Below are positions 27,502 to 43,027 of a stretch of 64,000 nucleotides of DNA, in pieces. Every line of letters begins with the position of its first letter. Position 1 is the first letter of the stretch. The position numbers were made by a program, and so were the translations under genes. The notes beneath the pieces were generated by a model that was not told where the DNA came from, searched no databases, and saw only the letters and a program-made list of their open reading frames with translations. The DNA comes from Psammoneis japonica (Eukaryota): positions 434,001-498,000 of the forward strand of contig QPGO01000045.1 of NCBI GenBank assembly GCA_008632985.1, in the 5' to 3' direction.

Positions 27502-28577
27502 CTGCAAAACAAAACACAAACAAGAAGCAGAACCACACAAGTTGAGTGCTTGCACGTGCATGCTCACTGGCAGATGGCAAGTCCCTCAACATTTTCCAAG
27601 ACAAAAGTGCGTGATTTGTCTTCTCATTCATGAATCTCTTCTTCTCATTTTCTGGCCTTTTTGTGACTTTCATCTTCCTCCTCCTCTTGATCCACTTCAT
27701 TTGCTTTGAATGCGGTGCTCTGCAACTTCTTCTGGAGGATGAATGTGCTCAGAAGACACGTCACTCTGTCATCTTCCATTGCAGCAGCCACCATGATGTT
27801 CAACTGAGCAAGTCATCCATTCCAGCGGGAGGATCATCAAATGCATCATGAGTTACCAAGGCATGCACAATGTGTGCATTGGCAAACAGTCGACCATCAG
27901 CATCACAATGTGCAGCTTCAATTTTGTCTGGCGTGGTGTGCAAACATCATCCTCCACTGCCATTCCCAATGACAAGGATTGTTGTTGCTGCTCTGCAGCA
28001 CTGATGGATCAATGCTGCCACAGTCCATCCAGTGCTTGCAAAGGCCCCTGTTCCAACGCAATTGCAATGAGATCCAATGGCATCCTGCACCCCATTCATT
28101 TCATTCTTCACAACCGTCCTTGCTGCCCTCAATTCCTCCTTGCTCAAGAAGCACCCACCTGCATTCAAAAGTCCTTTTTGACTCTCTTTGACACTCGTGT
28201 TGTCATTTGTTGCAGTGTCAATGAGTTTGTGCACATTGACTGAGGCAAAATGAGCAAGCCTTGATCAATTTCAAAACATTTCAAGCAAGCTCTTGGCTGC
28301 CCACGACATCTGCAATTGAAGTTTCCGACAATGATGGCATGCTTTTGTTGCAACAAGTGCGTGGGGCCGTGCTGGTGGTTTTGATGTTGTTGATGTTCAG
28401 CGCGTTGTGGTGGGCAGAGTGCATGCTCTCAAGTGCTTGCACGGTCTGTGTGGGTGAGGGAGGCATGCCCAAAGGAAATTGGCAATTCAGCTTGCACGTC
28501 ATCTGTGGTGCTGTGCCGTGCAGCACCTGCAGCATGGCCCTCTCTCAGCTCAAGACTGCGACACTCTCTGGCACCAG

Positions 28578-29460
28578 CACAGAGGGAGGGGTTCACACTT
28601 GGTTTGCACAACCTGCACAAAATGTGATGAACTTGCCATTTTCAAAAATTCTCTGTTCACATCGATGCACGCACAATGCAGCAGAACATCATCAGCAATT
28701 GGCAGTGTGGGGATGATGATGGTCAGGTCATGGGTGAAAAGAATTGTGCAGAGCCCCACCCGCAGAGCATCAAACCTTCGCTCATCCACAAGCCAACACT
28801 CAGTTTTTGCTCCATTGTGTGGAGAAGGATCGCGCACTTCTCTTTTGCTTTGTTTTGAGAAGCAAGACGAGCAAACCGCAGAGACAACCACGCGGACTTG
28901 TGTTGACTTTTGTTGACCTTTGTGTGCTTGTGTGTGTCAGTGTGAAGTGGATGTCACACAGTTTGTTGACTTAAGTTGACTTGTGTTGACTTCCTTTTGC
29001 TCATTCTGTGACCACTTTCCACATTGACATTTCATGATTCAATTGGCGATTTTGGCAAGGAGCACAAAGTTGACACTTAAGAACAAAACAATCAGATGCT
29101 TGAGCCCACATGACATCATTTGTCTGCTGGATGCATGCAAATGTGTGAAGCAATAAAAATTCGCAGACTGTGCAGAGGGAGGGGTTCACGCAACCCACAC
29201 AAAATGTGGTGAAACTTGCCGTTTTCGAAAAATCTGTTCTCATCGATGCACGCACAATCAACGCAACGGAGTCATCAGCGATTGGTGTGGGAACGATGAT
29301 GGTCAGATCACGGGTGAAGAGAAGTGCACAGAGCCCCACCCGCGGAGCGTCGAACCTTCGTCCATAAACCGACACTCGGTTTCTGTTCCATTGTGCGGAG
29401 GAGGATCGTGCACTTCTCTTTCGCTTCATTCGAGAAGCAAGACGAACAAACCGCGGAGTT
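28578..29460 (+). repeat. Direct repeat, two copies of ~300 bp (~28578-28883 and ~29171-29460)
   Basis: cagagggaggggttcac...gagaagcaagacga-caaaccgc occurs twice. Confidence 0.85.
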
Positions 29461-29789
29461 AACTGCGTGGTCTGATTGGATCCTTCTTTTCCCCCAATTC
29501 ACCTTGAGCTTGATTCCAATGCTGACGGTTTGTTGCTCTTCTTTTGTCAAAGTTGCTTCAGCACTCTTGTGCGGTTGAAGTCGGTGGAACAGGTGTTGCC
29601 AGTTAAATCCGGAGGTCGTGTCAAATCGAACGCAGATCTCCGGTCTGGAGTTCATGTTACTCCTGTGCATTTGACCATAGGAAGTTGCTCATTTGCTGGA
29701 CCTGTCCGGTCACAGCTGTTGAATCAGACAGCAGCGTTCATCTGCAAAGCAGCAAAAGCTCGCCGAGCAGATCATGAACTCACGTGGCT

Positions 29790-30764
29790 ATTTCAAACAA
29801 CGGCGAAATCCAAGGACACTGAGGACACGTTAACGTCAACGGATGTAGTTGTGGTTAGTTGAGCAAGCTCCAATCTACATGCCTTTATCCTGAGCGGTAC
29901 TACACGAATGTTCTGATGGAACGGTTGATAGTCCCAGGTTGGCCTCCACAACTCCTCGAAATGCACAATACTCGTCTTCATCTCCCGCCGCACCACTCAC
30001 TCCTGCAGCTCCAACGATATTATCACCAGCTTCAAAAGAACTCCACCGGGGAAAGGGCGCAATGTTACCTCCAGATACATCAACCATTGTAATCGTCATT
30101 TGACAAAGGCTCGAGACGGATACTTGTTGACAATGCACGAGAACGGCTTGGCCTTGTCAAAATCAGACAGTCCAGAGTCGTTTCTAATCAGAATCGAGTA
30201 AAGACGCTTCAGCAGCTTGAAAAAAACGATTTTGATTGCCGTCTCCAATTTCAGAAGGTTTATCTTTTTGGAATAGTAACAGTCTGTAGGTCCAGCTTCC
30301 CATTGTTTTTTCCATCGTACCGAAGAAAGACCAACCAAATTTGTTGGTTCTTGAGCGCCGTTTCAAATTTCGAATAAAGTCCTTCTTCTTGCCAGTAAGC
30401 ACCATTACATGCTCAGATTCTTTCGATTTAGCACCTACTCTTCCGTCTACTGGCACGTATTTGAGAGACTTGTACCAATACGTGGTGCAAAGTCTGCTAC
30501 ACCTTGGACACGTGAGCTTGTTGTGTTTCCCAAGACCAGTGCATGCTTCCGCAAAGTACCGTATTCAGCACAAACTCGATTTCCGGAGGAGCAAGACAGC
30601 GCAAAACACACACTACCCCTCTCGGGTATCCATTCATTGCAACTACAACACTCAAAACTTGGTATTTCGGTTGCCGCAGGCTCATCATGCCGACGACGCT
30701 TAACATCGGAAGAATTTCGTGACGATTTTAGAGAGTGCCGTTTTTGCCTTCCACGGCCACTCAT
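29790..30764 (-). CDS. Hypothetical protein, fragmented
   Basis: MSGRGRQKRH...FECCSCNEW, then successive frameshifted minus-strand ORFs of normal composition. Confidence 0.3.
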
Positions 30765-30998
30765 TTCGAACAGAAAAAACGTGAACAAATACAACGAATA
30801 GTGCTTGATGATAATACCAAGTGTCGGGTGCCAGATCGTTATAGTTACGGAGTGGTAGAGCACTGCGTCTCGCACGCCATGGCGTGGCGTCGTTTTTTTG
30901 TGACGAACGTGAAAGCGGCGATTGACAAATCACCGGACGACGGTCAGTACTTGGTAGATAATTTCAGTCCGTGCATGCGGCTCAAAACCTATTTATCA

Positions 30999-31148
30999 CT
31001 CCCCATCGTTCGTGATGCACTTGATACACCTGCTACGCCTTGCTACGCTTGTCCACAGAGCACTAAGTACTGACTACGCCCTGGGGGTACGCAGTGTCCC
31101 GTTTGTCCACAGGTGTCAAAAAAAAATTCAAAGCGAAACGATGGAGAG
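30999..31148 (+). mobile_element. ~150-bp MITE-like element (TA-intact copy)
   Basis: ctccccatcgtt...aacgatggagag followed by TA. Homologous to 3727-3873. Confidence 0.7.
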
Positions 31149-31325
31149 TAATGTACAATAATAGCTCGTTGGATCGGGGCGAGTTGAGTGGAGAGCGGAG
31201 CAGGTCGTTGCGGCTCTTGCTGTTGCTTGCTTGTTGCTTGCTTGTTGGTGCTGTTTCTGCCCTACAACAACTAATAACTGTAAATTGTGAGATGAAAAGA
31301 ATGCATTATTAGACTGGCACTTTGT

Positions 31326-31763
31326 TTGGAGCCTCAAGATCACTCAATCAAACGGCCAAGGTCAACCGTAGGTATCGATAAGCAGGTACTTTATTTTCCA
31401 GCTTCCAACGTTGTTGAATGTGCTTACACGTCGCCTCACTTTCTCTTACATCCTTTATATCTGTCGCTTCAATCCATAGAACCGGAGGAAAAGAAAGCTA
31501 AGCCTACCAAGCCCACAAACAAAAAAAAGAAGCGGAAAAGTCGAAATCGGCAAAGTCAAACAAGTGTTTCCTGCCTAAAAACTGTATTCTTTTGTTGTGC
31601 TGATAATCACCCTGTATCGGTATTCAGCATGGTAACAGCCGACGGGCAAGCAATGGATCAAGTGCTGAGTACGTTCAATCGCATGGAACGGGTTCGTTTT
31701 GAAGCTTTCATGACAGCTGAATCTCCAATCCCTCACAGAATTCAACGCGCCACAAATGCTTAA
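31326..31763 (+). CDS. Possible TAF11-like fragment
   Basis: Lys-rich segment, then DQVLSTFNRMERVRFEAF, loosely resembling the first TAF11 helix. Probably intron-containing. Confidence 0.25.
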   Translation: MEPQDHSIKRPRSTVGIDKQVLYFPASNVVECAYTSPHFLLHPLYLSLQSIEPEEKKAKPTKPTNKKKKRKSRNRQSQTSVSCLKTVFFCCADNHPVSVFSMVTADGQAMDQVLSTFNRMERVRFEAFMTAESPIPHRIQRATNA

Positions 31764-33826
31764 CAACTTTTCTCGAAAGACACAACCCGCACGATGCATA
31801 ATACAGCAAAACATCAGTCTGAATCATGGTACAGTAATGCTGCAGCAACAGAGTGCCCTTGACGAGGTGGAAATCAGCAATGAAATATTTATGGAGTCAG
31901 GAACTCATAATGATGATGTCTTTGTGAACAAGTCTACTGCTCTGCACCAGCATTCGAAAACAATGCCAATCCCAAAGCTCTCTTTGTTACCGTCGATCCA
32001 CCCGGCAAGGAGGAAGCGGATCGTTGGGATGCCATGTTGGGATTGCGTTTGCGTGTCGTAAATGCGTGCGTGTTGTGACGGCGAATAATGGACGGCTCTA
32101 TTTGATGCGTCCCTCAGTGATTGGAACTCAAGTCCATCGCTGCAATTGATGCCGATTCGATCGACACAGGATCCTGGTTGTCAACCGGAAATGAAATGAC
32201 TCAAGGTTTGCAATGGCAATACTGGCAATGCCGATTGCCAAGGACTCAATACGATTTTGTTGAGACGAGAAGTGACTGTGCGAGCACGGCGCGACTCAAT
32301 GATGATCAACCCATGGATAGTTATCGAAAGTATCACACAATGTGAGTGTTAATACTGAGCCGAGTCTTTGTTATGTTGTTTGTGTTTTGTTGCTGTTTGG
32401 GTGGTATATTTTGGTGCTTTGGCAAAGTGTTGGTATTCTTTCGTCTCTCAAAACGCGCACCTCACCCATCTACTCTTACTCGATATTCCATCCATTTGTA
32501 ATTTTGATTTTACACGTAGGGTATTGTCTGCATATCGCTCGACAGCATGAGGCGGTCGATAAGTTTGATCGAGTCAGTCTTGGACTACTCCCAAGCAGCG
32601 AGGGCGGTTGGAGAATAGCTGTCAGGGCCTTGCGACATGATACCGAGGTTGATTTCATGTTCACGGGAATGTACGAGACTCTTGAAGTAGCTCAATGGCA
32701 GCAATGGATGTGTTGTTGTCTTGGTGCTCTAGTTGGGAAGGATACCGCCAATCCAAATCGAGATGAGAAGAAAGCATCTTAGTGGATGCTCAAAAGCAAC
32801 GATGAAGTCGGGATGGATATTCTTTTGATGTTCACTGCACATCATTTTATAGTATTCTGTGCCTTCCCTCCAAACTCCGCGTTTACTTTGAACAACCCAT
32901 TTCGTTGGGAGGCATTGCTCTTTCCTTACTGTACGTGCGATAGGCTTCTGTATAATGCTTTGTGGACGTCATACTTCTCATCTTTTTCATCGTTTGCTCC
33001 TTTTTTTGGAATGTACTTATATTTGGCGGCACCACGACCGCCTAGGGCCCTATCCATACCTTTTGTGGAGCAGTATGGAGGGGAATGCAATTCAAAACCT
33101 CTGACGTGGCGAGGCCCGCGAAGGGAGAGGGTTGATTCCAAGAGGATATCGTAGTCCCGAGTAGAGCAAGTCGGGAATAGTTAGAAAAGAGACCTGATCG
33201 GGGAGCTCATAATTTCATAATTTGGAAAAAGCAGTGCAGTTTGAAGTGCTGTAGAGATTAGAGGCCACAGGAGCCATCGGACATCCTCATGTTAAACCTT
33301 CACGTCCCCGGGTAGTGGTGTGACGCCATTCTCTGTTGACGGTGATGGGGCATGTGTCACCAGGCCTGGCGACGAACAGAGTAGTTTGTCGTTGAATGGA
33401 GATTTCGTTGGTTGTCCGTGACATCCCACGACGGCGATTGCAAAAATCTTTTGTTTTCACCAACCGGCTTGAAGATGTCGCGATCACTGTTTTCGCCGAG
33501 ATCGCAGAAAGAAAAGAGCGTTCCCAAATTGAATGTTTTTATGCCGAAGTAGTAGATTTTTTCCCATCGTAACCAAAGGATCCAGTCGAACTCATACAAA
33601 CTAATTATGAAGATACAATGTTGGGTGGCTCCGTCTCCGGACAATCACATAATAGCGATGATCTAGTAGGTGAGAGGATTGGTGAAGCGGCGTATCAGGA
33701 AATAGGAGCTACCTGCTTGAGACGGGGACAGAACAATTAATCTAGAGGGATACGGTAAAATATCAATGAAGCTGTGCGTTGTGCATTGTATGCCAACTAC
33801 CCGTTGTCCCGCTCGTCAACCCCTCT

Positions 33827-36800
33827 CTACACTAGCTCGAGGTGGGAGTCGGCACTACTGTCACACGAAGCGTTCAAATTTCCATACTGGACGTCTGGAT
33901 GACTCGAGGTGATGAAATGACTTGATGTAGCAAGCAACTTTGAGCAAAGAAAACACAAACGCTCAATAATACCTTCGGTTTTCAGTTTGCCATCCTCCTC
34001 GATTAGCGGTTTTGAATAGGTTCTTAGGGACAGACTGCTACTCACGACACTTACTGAACTGAAAGCCATCATCAAGCCCGCAAATTCCGGCGGCAATCGC
34101 CAGCTGGTTATTGGATACAAAGCCCCGGCAGCAAATGGCAATGCACAAAGATTGTAACCTATAGCCCAAACAAAGTTTAGTCGGATTCGATGGAACACAA
34201 CTCGAGAAAGATGCAATGCCACCACGACGTCATGGAGTGACGAACGAACCAATACCACGTCTGCTGCTTCGACCGCGACTTGGGTCCCTGCACCAATCGC
34301 TACTCCAACGTCGGCGCGAGCCAGTGCAACTGCATCATTGATGCCATCTCCCACCACCGCTACTCGACCGAGTTGATGCTCTTCTCGTGATTCTCGCCGT
34401 CTCCCAATGCTCCGTCGTAGCGACGTACCTCGCTGCTTTTTCTGCAGTCGAGTGACCAGATCAGCCTTACCCTCGGGTTTCACGTTCGGACAAACATTTT
34501 CGATGTCAATTCCGACCTGTCTGGCGACGCTAGATGCGGTGACTTCGTGATCGCCAGTACACATCCAGACATCCAAACCCATTCTGCGAAGAGCCGCAAT
34601 AGTCGACCGAGCCTCCGGGACGATTGGGTCAACGATTCCCAACACCCCCACAACACGTCGACGCACGTTATCTTCTGTTGTCTTTGGTATCCGACGTATA
34701 ACACTTACGTAAACTCCAACTTGACCGCGTCTGCGAAGATCCATTACTTCCGTGTCTCCGACACATGATGCTCCATCACCTGTGATTCATTTCTGCTCAG
34801 TGACGCGTCATCTGACATCGGCTCACTGACAAAGTGCTTGTTGCCGACCCTGACACACCACACACCCCAGGTGGCCTGATGAACCAAACATTCAACACCC
34901 GAACCTGGCACCACGACAAAATCCGTTACTGATACTCCTTCCTCGGAGCAAGTTACATCTGCGCCCCATGTCGCGCTTGCGGCATTCACAATAGCCTTTG
35001 CAAGTGGGTGCTCACTCTGTCGTTCCGCACATGCAGCCAACCAGAGAGCGATGTGTTCTCTGGATATCTTTGTCGGCAGTCCATGCAGAAGCGGGTCTGT
35101 TGTACTCGAAGTGTCAATGAACTCAAAATGGTCTCCCAAGACAGCGCGTCCACTTGTGATGGTTCCTGTCTTATCCAAAACAATCGTATCGACGCTGTGA
35201 GCACTTTCCAAAACCGCTCCACCCTTGATGAGTAAACCATTCGTCGCTCCGACGCCTGTTTCGATTGCAGCGCAATGAAGTACGTGAACAAAACATGGCC
35301 CTTAAGAAAAGAAATTACCCACAGCATTGTTTTGACATACCTGTTCCCACCATCACCGCTGTAGGCGTTGCGAGTCCAAGGGCACAAGGACAGGCTACCA
35401 CAATCACACTAATAGCTGAAGTCAATGCCATGAAGAATCGTTCCTCCAAGCTTCCTTAACAAATATCATCCACGCACAGAAAGTGACAGTAGCCAACGCC
35501 AGGACGGTCGGAGCAAAGATGCATGCGATTGCATCCGCTTGAGCTTGAATTGGAGCCCGGCTGCTTTGGGCGTCTTCCACGAGCTTTACAATCTTCGCAA
35601 GCATCGTGCCACCGCCTGTTGCAGTCACTCGAATTAGCAAGACGCTCAATTGGTTCACAGTCGAGCCAAACACCGAATCACCCACTGCTTTTGCCACAGG
35701 AAAGGGCTCGCCCGAAAAGGCGGATTCGTCAATGTAGGCATACGCGCCGTCGTTCTGGGATGCGGATACCAAAACACCGTCCGTGGGAATACGAGCACCT
35801 GGCATTACAACCAGGTACTCTCCAACTTCGACTTGGTCTATTTGTACATTTTCTGTTTCTAAGGAAGATATGTCAACGTCTGTCGTATGATTGGGAAGGA
35901 TCCTTCGAAACGACTCGCAAGGCAAATACAGGTTGTAGTTCCATGAGTGTTTGTAACGCCGAGGCCGTCTTCCCTTTGGCGTACGCTTCCAGAAACTTGC
36001 CAAAAGTGACAAACATGATAAGCATGGCGCCAGTCTCAAATGTCGGCTTGAGCTTCGTCACATTGCTGGAGAAGAGCAGGATACAGTATACGGCAAGAGA
36101 ATACATGTAGGACGCAGTCGTTCCCATCACAACCAAAGCGTCCATCCCCATTGTTGGCCACGCCTTGAAGGCAGCTTGGTAGTATCTCCGTCCAACTCCA
36201 AACTGCACAGGCGTTGCCAGAATAAATATAATGGTGTCTTTATGAGTTGGACAAGCCGACGACATATCGTCATCGTCCTTCATTTGTGAATAGTGAATAA
36301 TCATGATTGGCACGGTCAAAACAACGGCAGCCAACAATAGTCGTTTCCAGGACTGCAACTCTTGCTTACGCGCTTGTTCCATTTTGGCAGCATTCTCAGC
36401 CAAGGATACTCCTTGCCTACAGCACTGGAGTTGGGGTCCACGACTTGAATCACGTCACAGTCGTAGCCTCCCTTTTGCACAGCCTCGACACATCTCGAGC
36501 TACATCTTGAATGTTTTGGTTACTTTTGAATACGACTCTTGCTCGATTCATGGCTAGTGTAACCGTGGCACGTTCGACACCATTAACGGATAGCAGTGCC
36601 TGTTCTACTCGTCCCGTACAAACCGCACAACTCATCCCTCCCACTTGAAGGGATGCTCCAGGTTTGTTCGAATCGTGTTGGTCGTTTGCGTCGTCCAAAA
36701 GCGGCTCATCCAAATCACTCGATAACGATTCTGTTCGATTTCTACTAGATTGTATTAGCGGCGGCGATGTGAGCGGTAATTCTTGGTCGGGCGGAAGAGT

Positions 36801-37574
36801 CGTGCATCAAAACCCACGCACTCGACGGCGTCTATTGCTTCGTCGACAAGCTTGCGGTGGAGTGCTTCAAGTGAGTCTAGCTTGCTGTCTTGATAAGCGC
36901 GTAGATCCGCCGTGACATTGGCGAGACTGTTTTCAAAAGACACTGCTACAAATTCTATACCTGGTAAGGCTTTGAGTGCGTTCTCCGCAGTCGTTCCTAC
37001 ATGGCAAAAGATGAATCAAACAATTAGAGGTCTTGCTTCTTCAATATTTTCATCTCTAAAGAATTCAGTTACTCACCACAATTTTTCTGACACATCATGC
37101 CCGTAACTACTAGACGAATAGTACTGCTCATGGGATTTTTTTGATGAATAACCTCGGCATCAAAGCCAACACACTCCACGGCATCCACCGCTTGTTCTTC
37201 CATGCAGCGCATAGGGTCTTGTCCGCCATGGGAATAGGCATTTAAATCCGCCGTGAGAATAGCTCGGCTCTGCTCAAAGGAAGCGCTCGCGGATATGACT
37301 CCTGGAAGAACTCTTAAAGCATTCTCCACCGTGGTGCCTATAAGAAAATAGCAAGTTTTGCAATCACACACAACACACAAGTCGTCAAAACGCGCAAGTG
37401 AGAAGTGAGAAGCATGTTGTCACTGTATACTCAAAAGGAACTCTCAAGAAGAAACGTACCGCAGCTCTTTTGGCACATCATCCCCGTAACTTTCAACACA
37501 ACCGTGTGTGTCGCGTCTTTGTTACTGTCCCAGTCATTCTCAACAGCAGCATGCGGCTGCAGCGACGACGCCAT
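33827..37574 (-). CDS. Cu(I)-transporting P1B-type ATPase with three N-terminal HMA domains
   Basis: [57 protein letters not shown] and MAFSS. GT-AG introns at ~37338-37459, 36997-37076 and 35256-35340. Several frameshifts. Confidence 0.93.
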
Positions 37575-37748
37575 GGTGGCCAGAATAATCGTGCACCTAC
37601 CGTGCACTGAGCACTGAGCACCGGGGCGCTGCAGTGTACGTAGTGGGCTCGTGTCGCGAGAAAAAAAGCAACTTATTTGGTCTTCGCTGGTACAAAACTT
37701 ACGTAGATTTCTACGCCGCACTCGCGAATCCAAGCCCGTGGGTCATGA

Positions 37749-39999
<2,251 letters not shown>

Positions 40000-42900
40000 T
40001 TAGGAACTTAATCTGGCTCTTTTTTCATTGCGACTGCTTACATATTATGTCTCTCACAACGTGGTATTTTTTCTTGATGTAGACTACTAAATAGCTAAAG
40101 CCTTTACTGGTATGCTTTATTACAGTAGTGCAACTTCTCTCTATGGTAGAATGGGGATTCTTGCAAGTATGTTAATCCGTTTGAAATGCTTGCTAGCTAG
40201 AAGATACATTTTTATCCGCTTAGTGTCCGAAGTGCAAAAAGGGATTGTAGCATTGCTCGCCATTCAAGTTACAGTATGAGAGATTGTTTCATGGCTATTT
40301 AGGTCGAGCCAAAGCGCGTTGATAGCTCAAACGAGGGAGGCAGTGCCTTGCTACGTCCACCGGATAGCCTCCTTCGTAGTATAGCTTCTTTCACCTACGC
40401 AGCAAATGGTGAAGCCCCGCGGACGCAGCACTCTACAATTTCGGATAACGATTTGTTTTGTTTTGCGTAAGATCCACGAGGAGAAGGGCGAACACGGTGA
40501 ATGGGCTTGGGGCGGCGGCCGTGACAGTGCGAGTGCTTATTGAAATTGATTAATAAAATGACTTCTGTGTCTTGGAGAACGCACCGAGACGACTGCTCGC
40601 AACGCAGAACCGCTTTTATATAAATTGGATGGTGCGATTTTGGGCGGCATTCTTGATTATCTACCGCTATCTACTTTCAACCAAAGTAACCAGCAAGGCT
40701 CAGGGAGTCGCGTCATTTGTAGGTGTGTCGCGAGAGGGATGTTTCTCGAGTAACACGTCAACCACCGAGGGCCAGAGACGCGCCTGCTGCCTAAGAGTGC
40801 CATCCATGGCGTGGATAACGTACAGATTGGAGGTAGATGTGCATTCAGTATCACGTATCAATCCAGTGAAACGAATGACAGATACTTGAAGGAGCTCGAG
40901 GAATAATGAGCCTTGAGAACGCCACTGTCCTGACAACATCGCTAGCAACCGTAGATGTGACTGCAGATAATACATAGCTTCTCCTTGTTGCTTTTCTCCA
41001 TTCATGTCATCTGTTGAAATAGAAATCGAAATGAAAAAGAGTGTGAGTTATAAAGCATAACTCAGCGAGTAGATCAATACGAACGATCGATACAAACAGA
41101 TCTTCAAACGCTGTGGGACGTGGAGTATATAGCTGATATAACGGGCCGGCGACCCATGGGAGTATTAAACCTAAGGGGGATCAGATATGAGATGCTCAAT
41201 GAGCAACTCAAGTGGTCTGAACCACCTTACAACCTTCACGGAAAAGGCTGCCCTTCGGGGTTGTCAAGCACACCGTCTTAGTCCACGACGTCTACAGGCA
41301 TTCAGCGTGCATTCAAAAAAAGAAAGCAGAGGCTGGCCCTCATATGGTTCCTGCTTAAACAACCGTTGCACTAAAAAGTGCGTTGGTTGGCACCGGGTTA
41401 CTGCCGTATTGGACGTTTACAAGCATTCAGCGCACACGCAAGAAGCGAGTTTGCTGGCAATCGTGTTTGACAGGCAATCGTCGTTTCGCCTCGAACCGAC
41501 TTCCAAAGATATACGCAATCAAACGCACAGAGGAAAACCGTCAAGGACCCAAGCCTTCAGGTCTACATGGTAATCGTGTGCGGACGACATTCAATGACTT
41601 AACTCCAGCAGATCTAATTCGCAACGAGAACGAGACGATCGACTCACCTTTAGCAGAGATATGATACAGCCATGGTGATGAAGACAACGATGTGTTTCAA
41701 AAGGTCGAATGGCGATTTTTGTGTGCTTCGTGAAACAACAATGAGCAAAGTGATTCAGGTTTCACTTCTGCTGTTTCAAAATTTTTGAAAAAAATGCGGC
41801 GGGAAAACCAACGGCTTCTTTTACTCTGCAGTACCGGTATCAGATTTTGTGTTTCGTTGCGAATCCTAATGACGTCAGTCAAATAAAGACAAGTACGAGC
41901 TCCGAACTCCAAGATTTCCTTCCCGCCGCCAAACACGCACCTCACCACACACCACCTTCCAGCTTCGCCAACAACAGAAACACAACGCAGACGATGATGT
42001 CGTCGCTTGCAAGAGCAGAAGAAGCAATACGGTATATTTGATCCACAAGCGAACACACTATACACCAACAATGAGATAAGTCGAGTGCTGATACTACAGT
42101 GTTCAAAAGTGGCCCATGACTATGCGACGACGAAACCACCCTCGTTGACCTGACGCCTCGACTCTACGGTAGGAACTATTATCCGACTCTTGTTCTGAGG
42201 TGGCTGTGGTGTCCTTTGGTGGACCCGAAAGCAAGACTCTCCTTGGCTTGCTCGGAAAAGATTATGACAGTGGCTCTACTTGCTGTGGTCCTGCTCCAAT
42301 CAAACTCAATCACAATAAAACAGTAACATGCCGTCCGCAACCAGATTTCTGTGATGAGACTTACTACCTGGCAAATAAGTTACCTGTCTGGGCGTCACCG
42401 TGATGGCGCACACTTAACAGGAACGGACAGCACCTACGTAACATGAGCACAACAAGCAGCACGCAGCTCTCATACTGGACACAAATGAATGCTTTGTCTT
42501 AAAACTGTTATGGCTTCTCTGTGGCATTTTTTTGATCCATTTTCAAAGCAAAGCTTCTCTCTCGCGCGCGACCGAGTTAGAGCCATTCTTTTCGGCTGTA
42601 CTGTAGATCTGACGGTATTTTCAATGTCAATAAAGGATCTCCAGCACGGTTCATCTACAGTACACCTAATGGCTAGACAGAGAAGGTGCTTTCGATGGGC
42701 TTCAATTTTTTTGGAGTTGACATTGTGGTCGACAATTGTGGAACGATACCAAGAACCGCTCATACGATTAGAGTATTCTCTTCCACGATAATGCAAGCTG
42801 TGTTCGTGGTGACTGAGGGATGCATATGTAAGATAGTTTTTTTTCTGAACTGCGAAAATAAGAGGGGGTGGCTGAGTGGGCCGCTTGAGTTCAATATTGC

Positions 42901-43027
42901 CGACGACAGAAATTGGCTATTTTATAAGTGTCAAGACTCAATTCTTCGCGAACCATCAAAGCCGCGACGACATCGCTGGCGGAGCAGGTTTGGGCTTCGC
43001 ATAATCTTTAACAACATCAATTCAATC

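Larger units (their letters stand above)
22190..29790. other. TpA-depleted block 3, also strongly CpG-poor
   Basis: TA is very rare and CG is sparse from ~22.5 to 28.5 kb. Confidence 0.9.

Noticed and set aside
40000..43000. Short ORFs between cpn60 and hydA as possible hydrogenase maturases
   Set aside because: No radical-SAM CxxxCxxC or GTPase motifs are visible.
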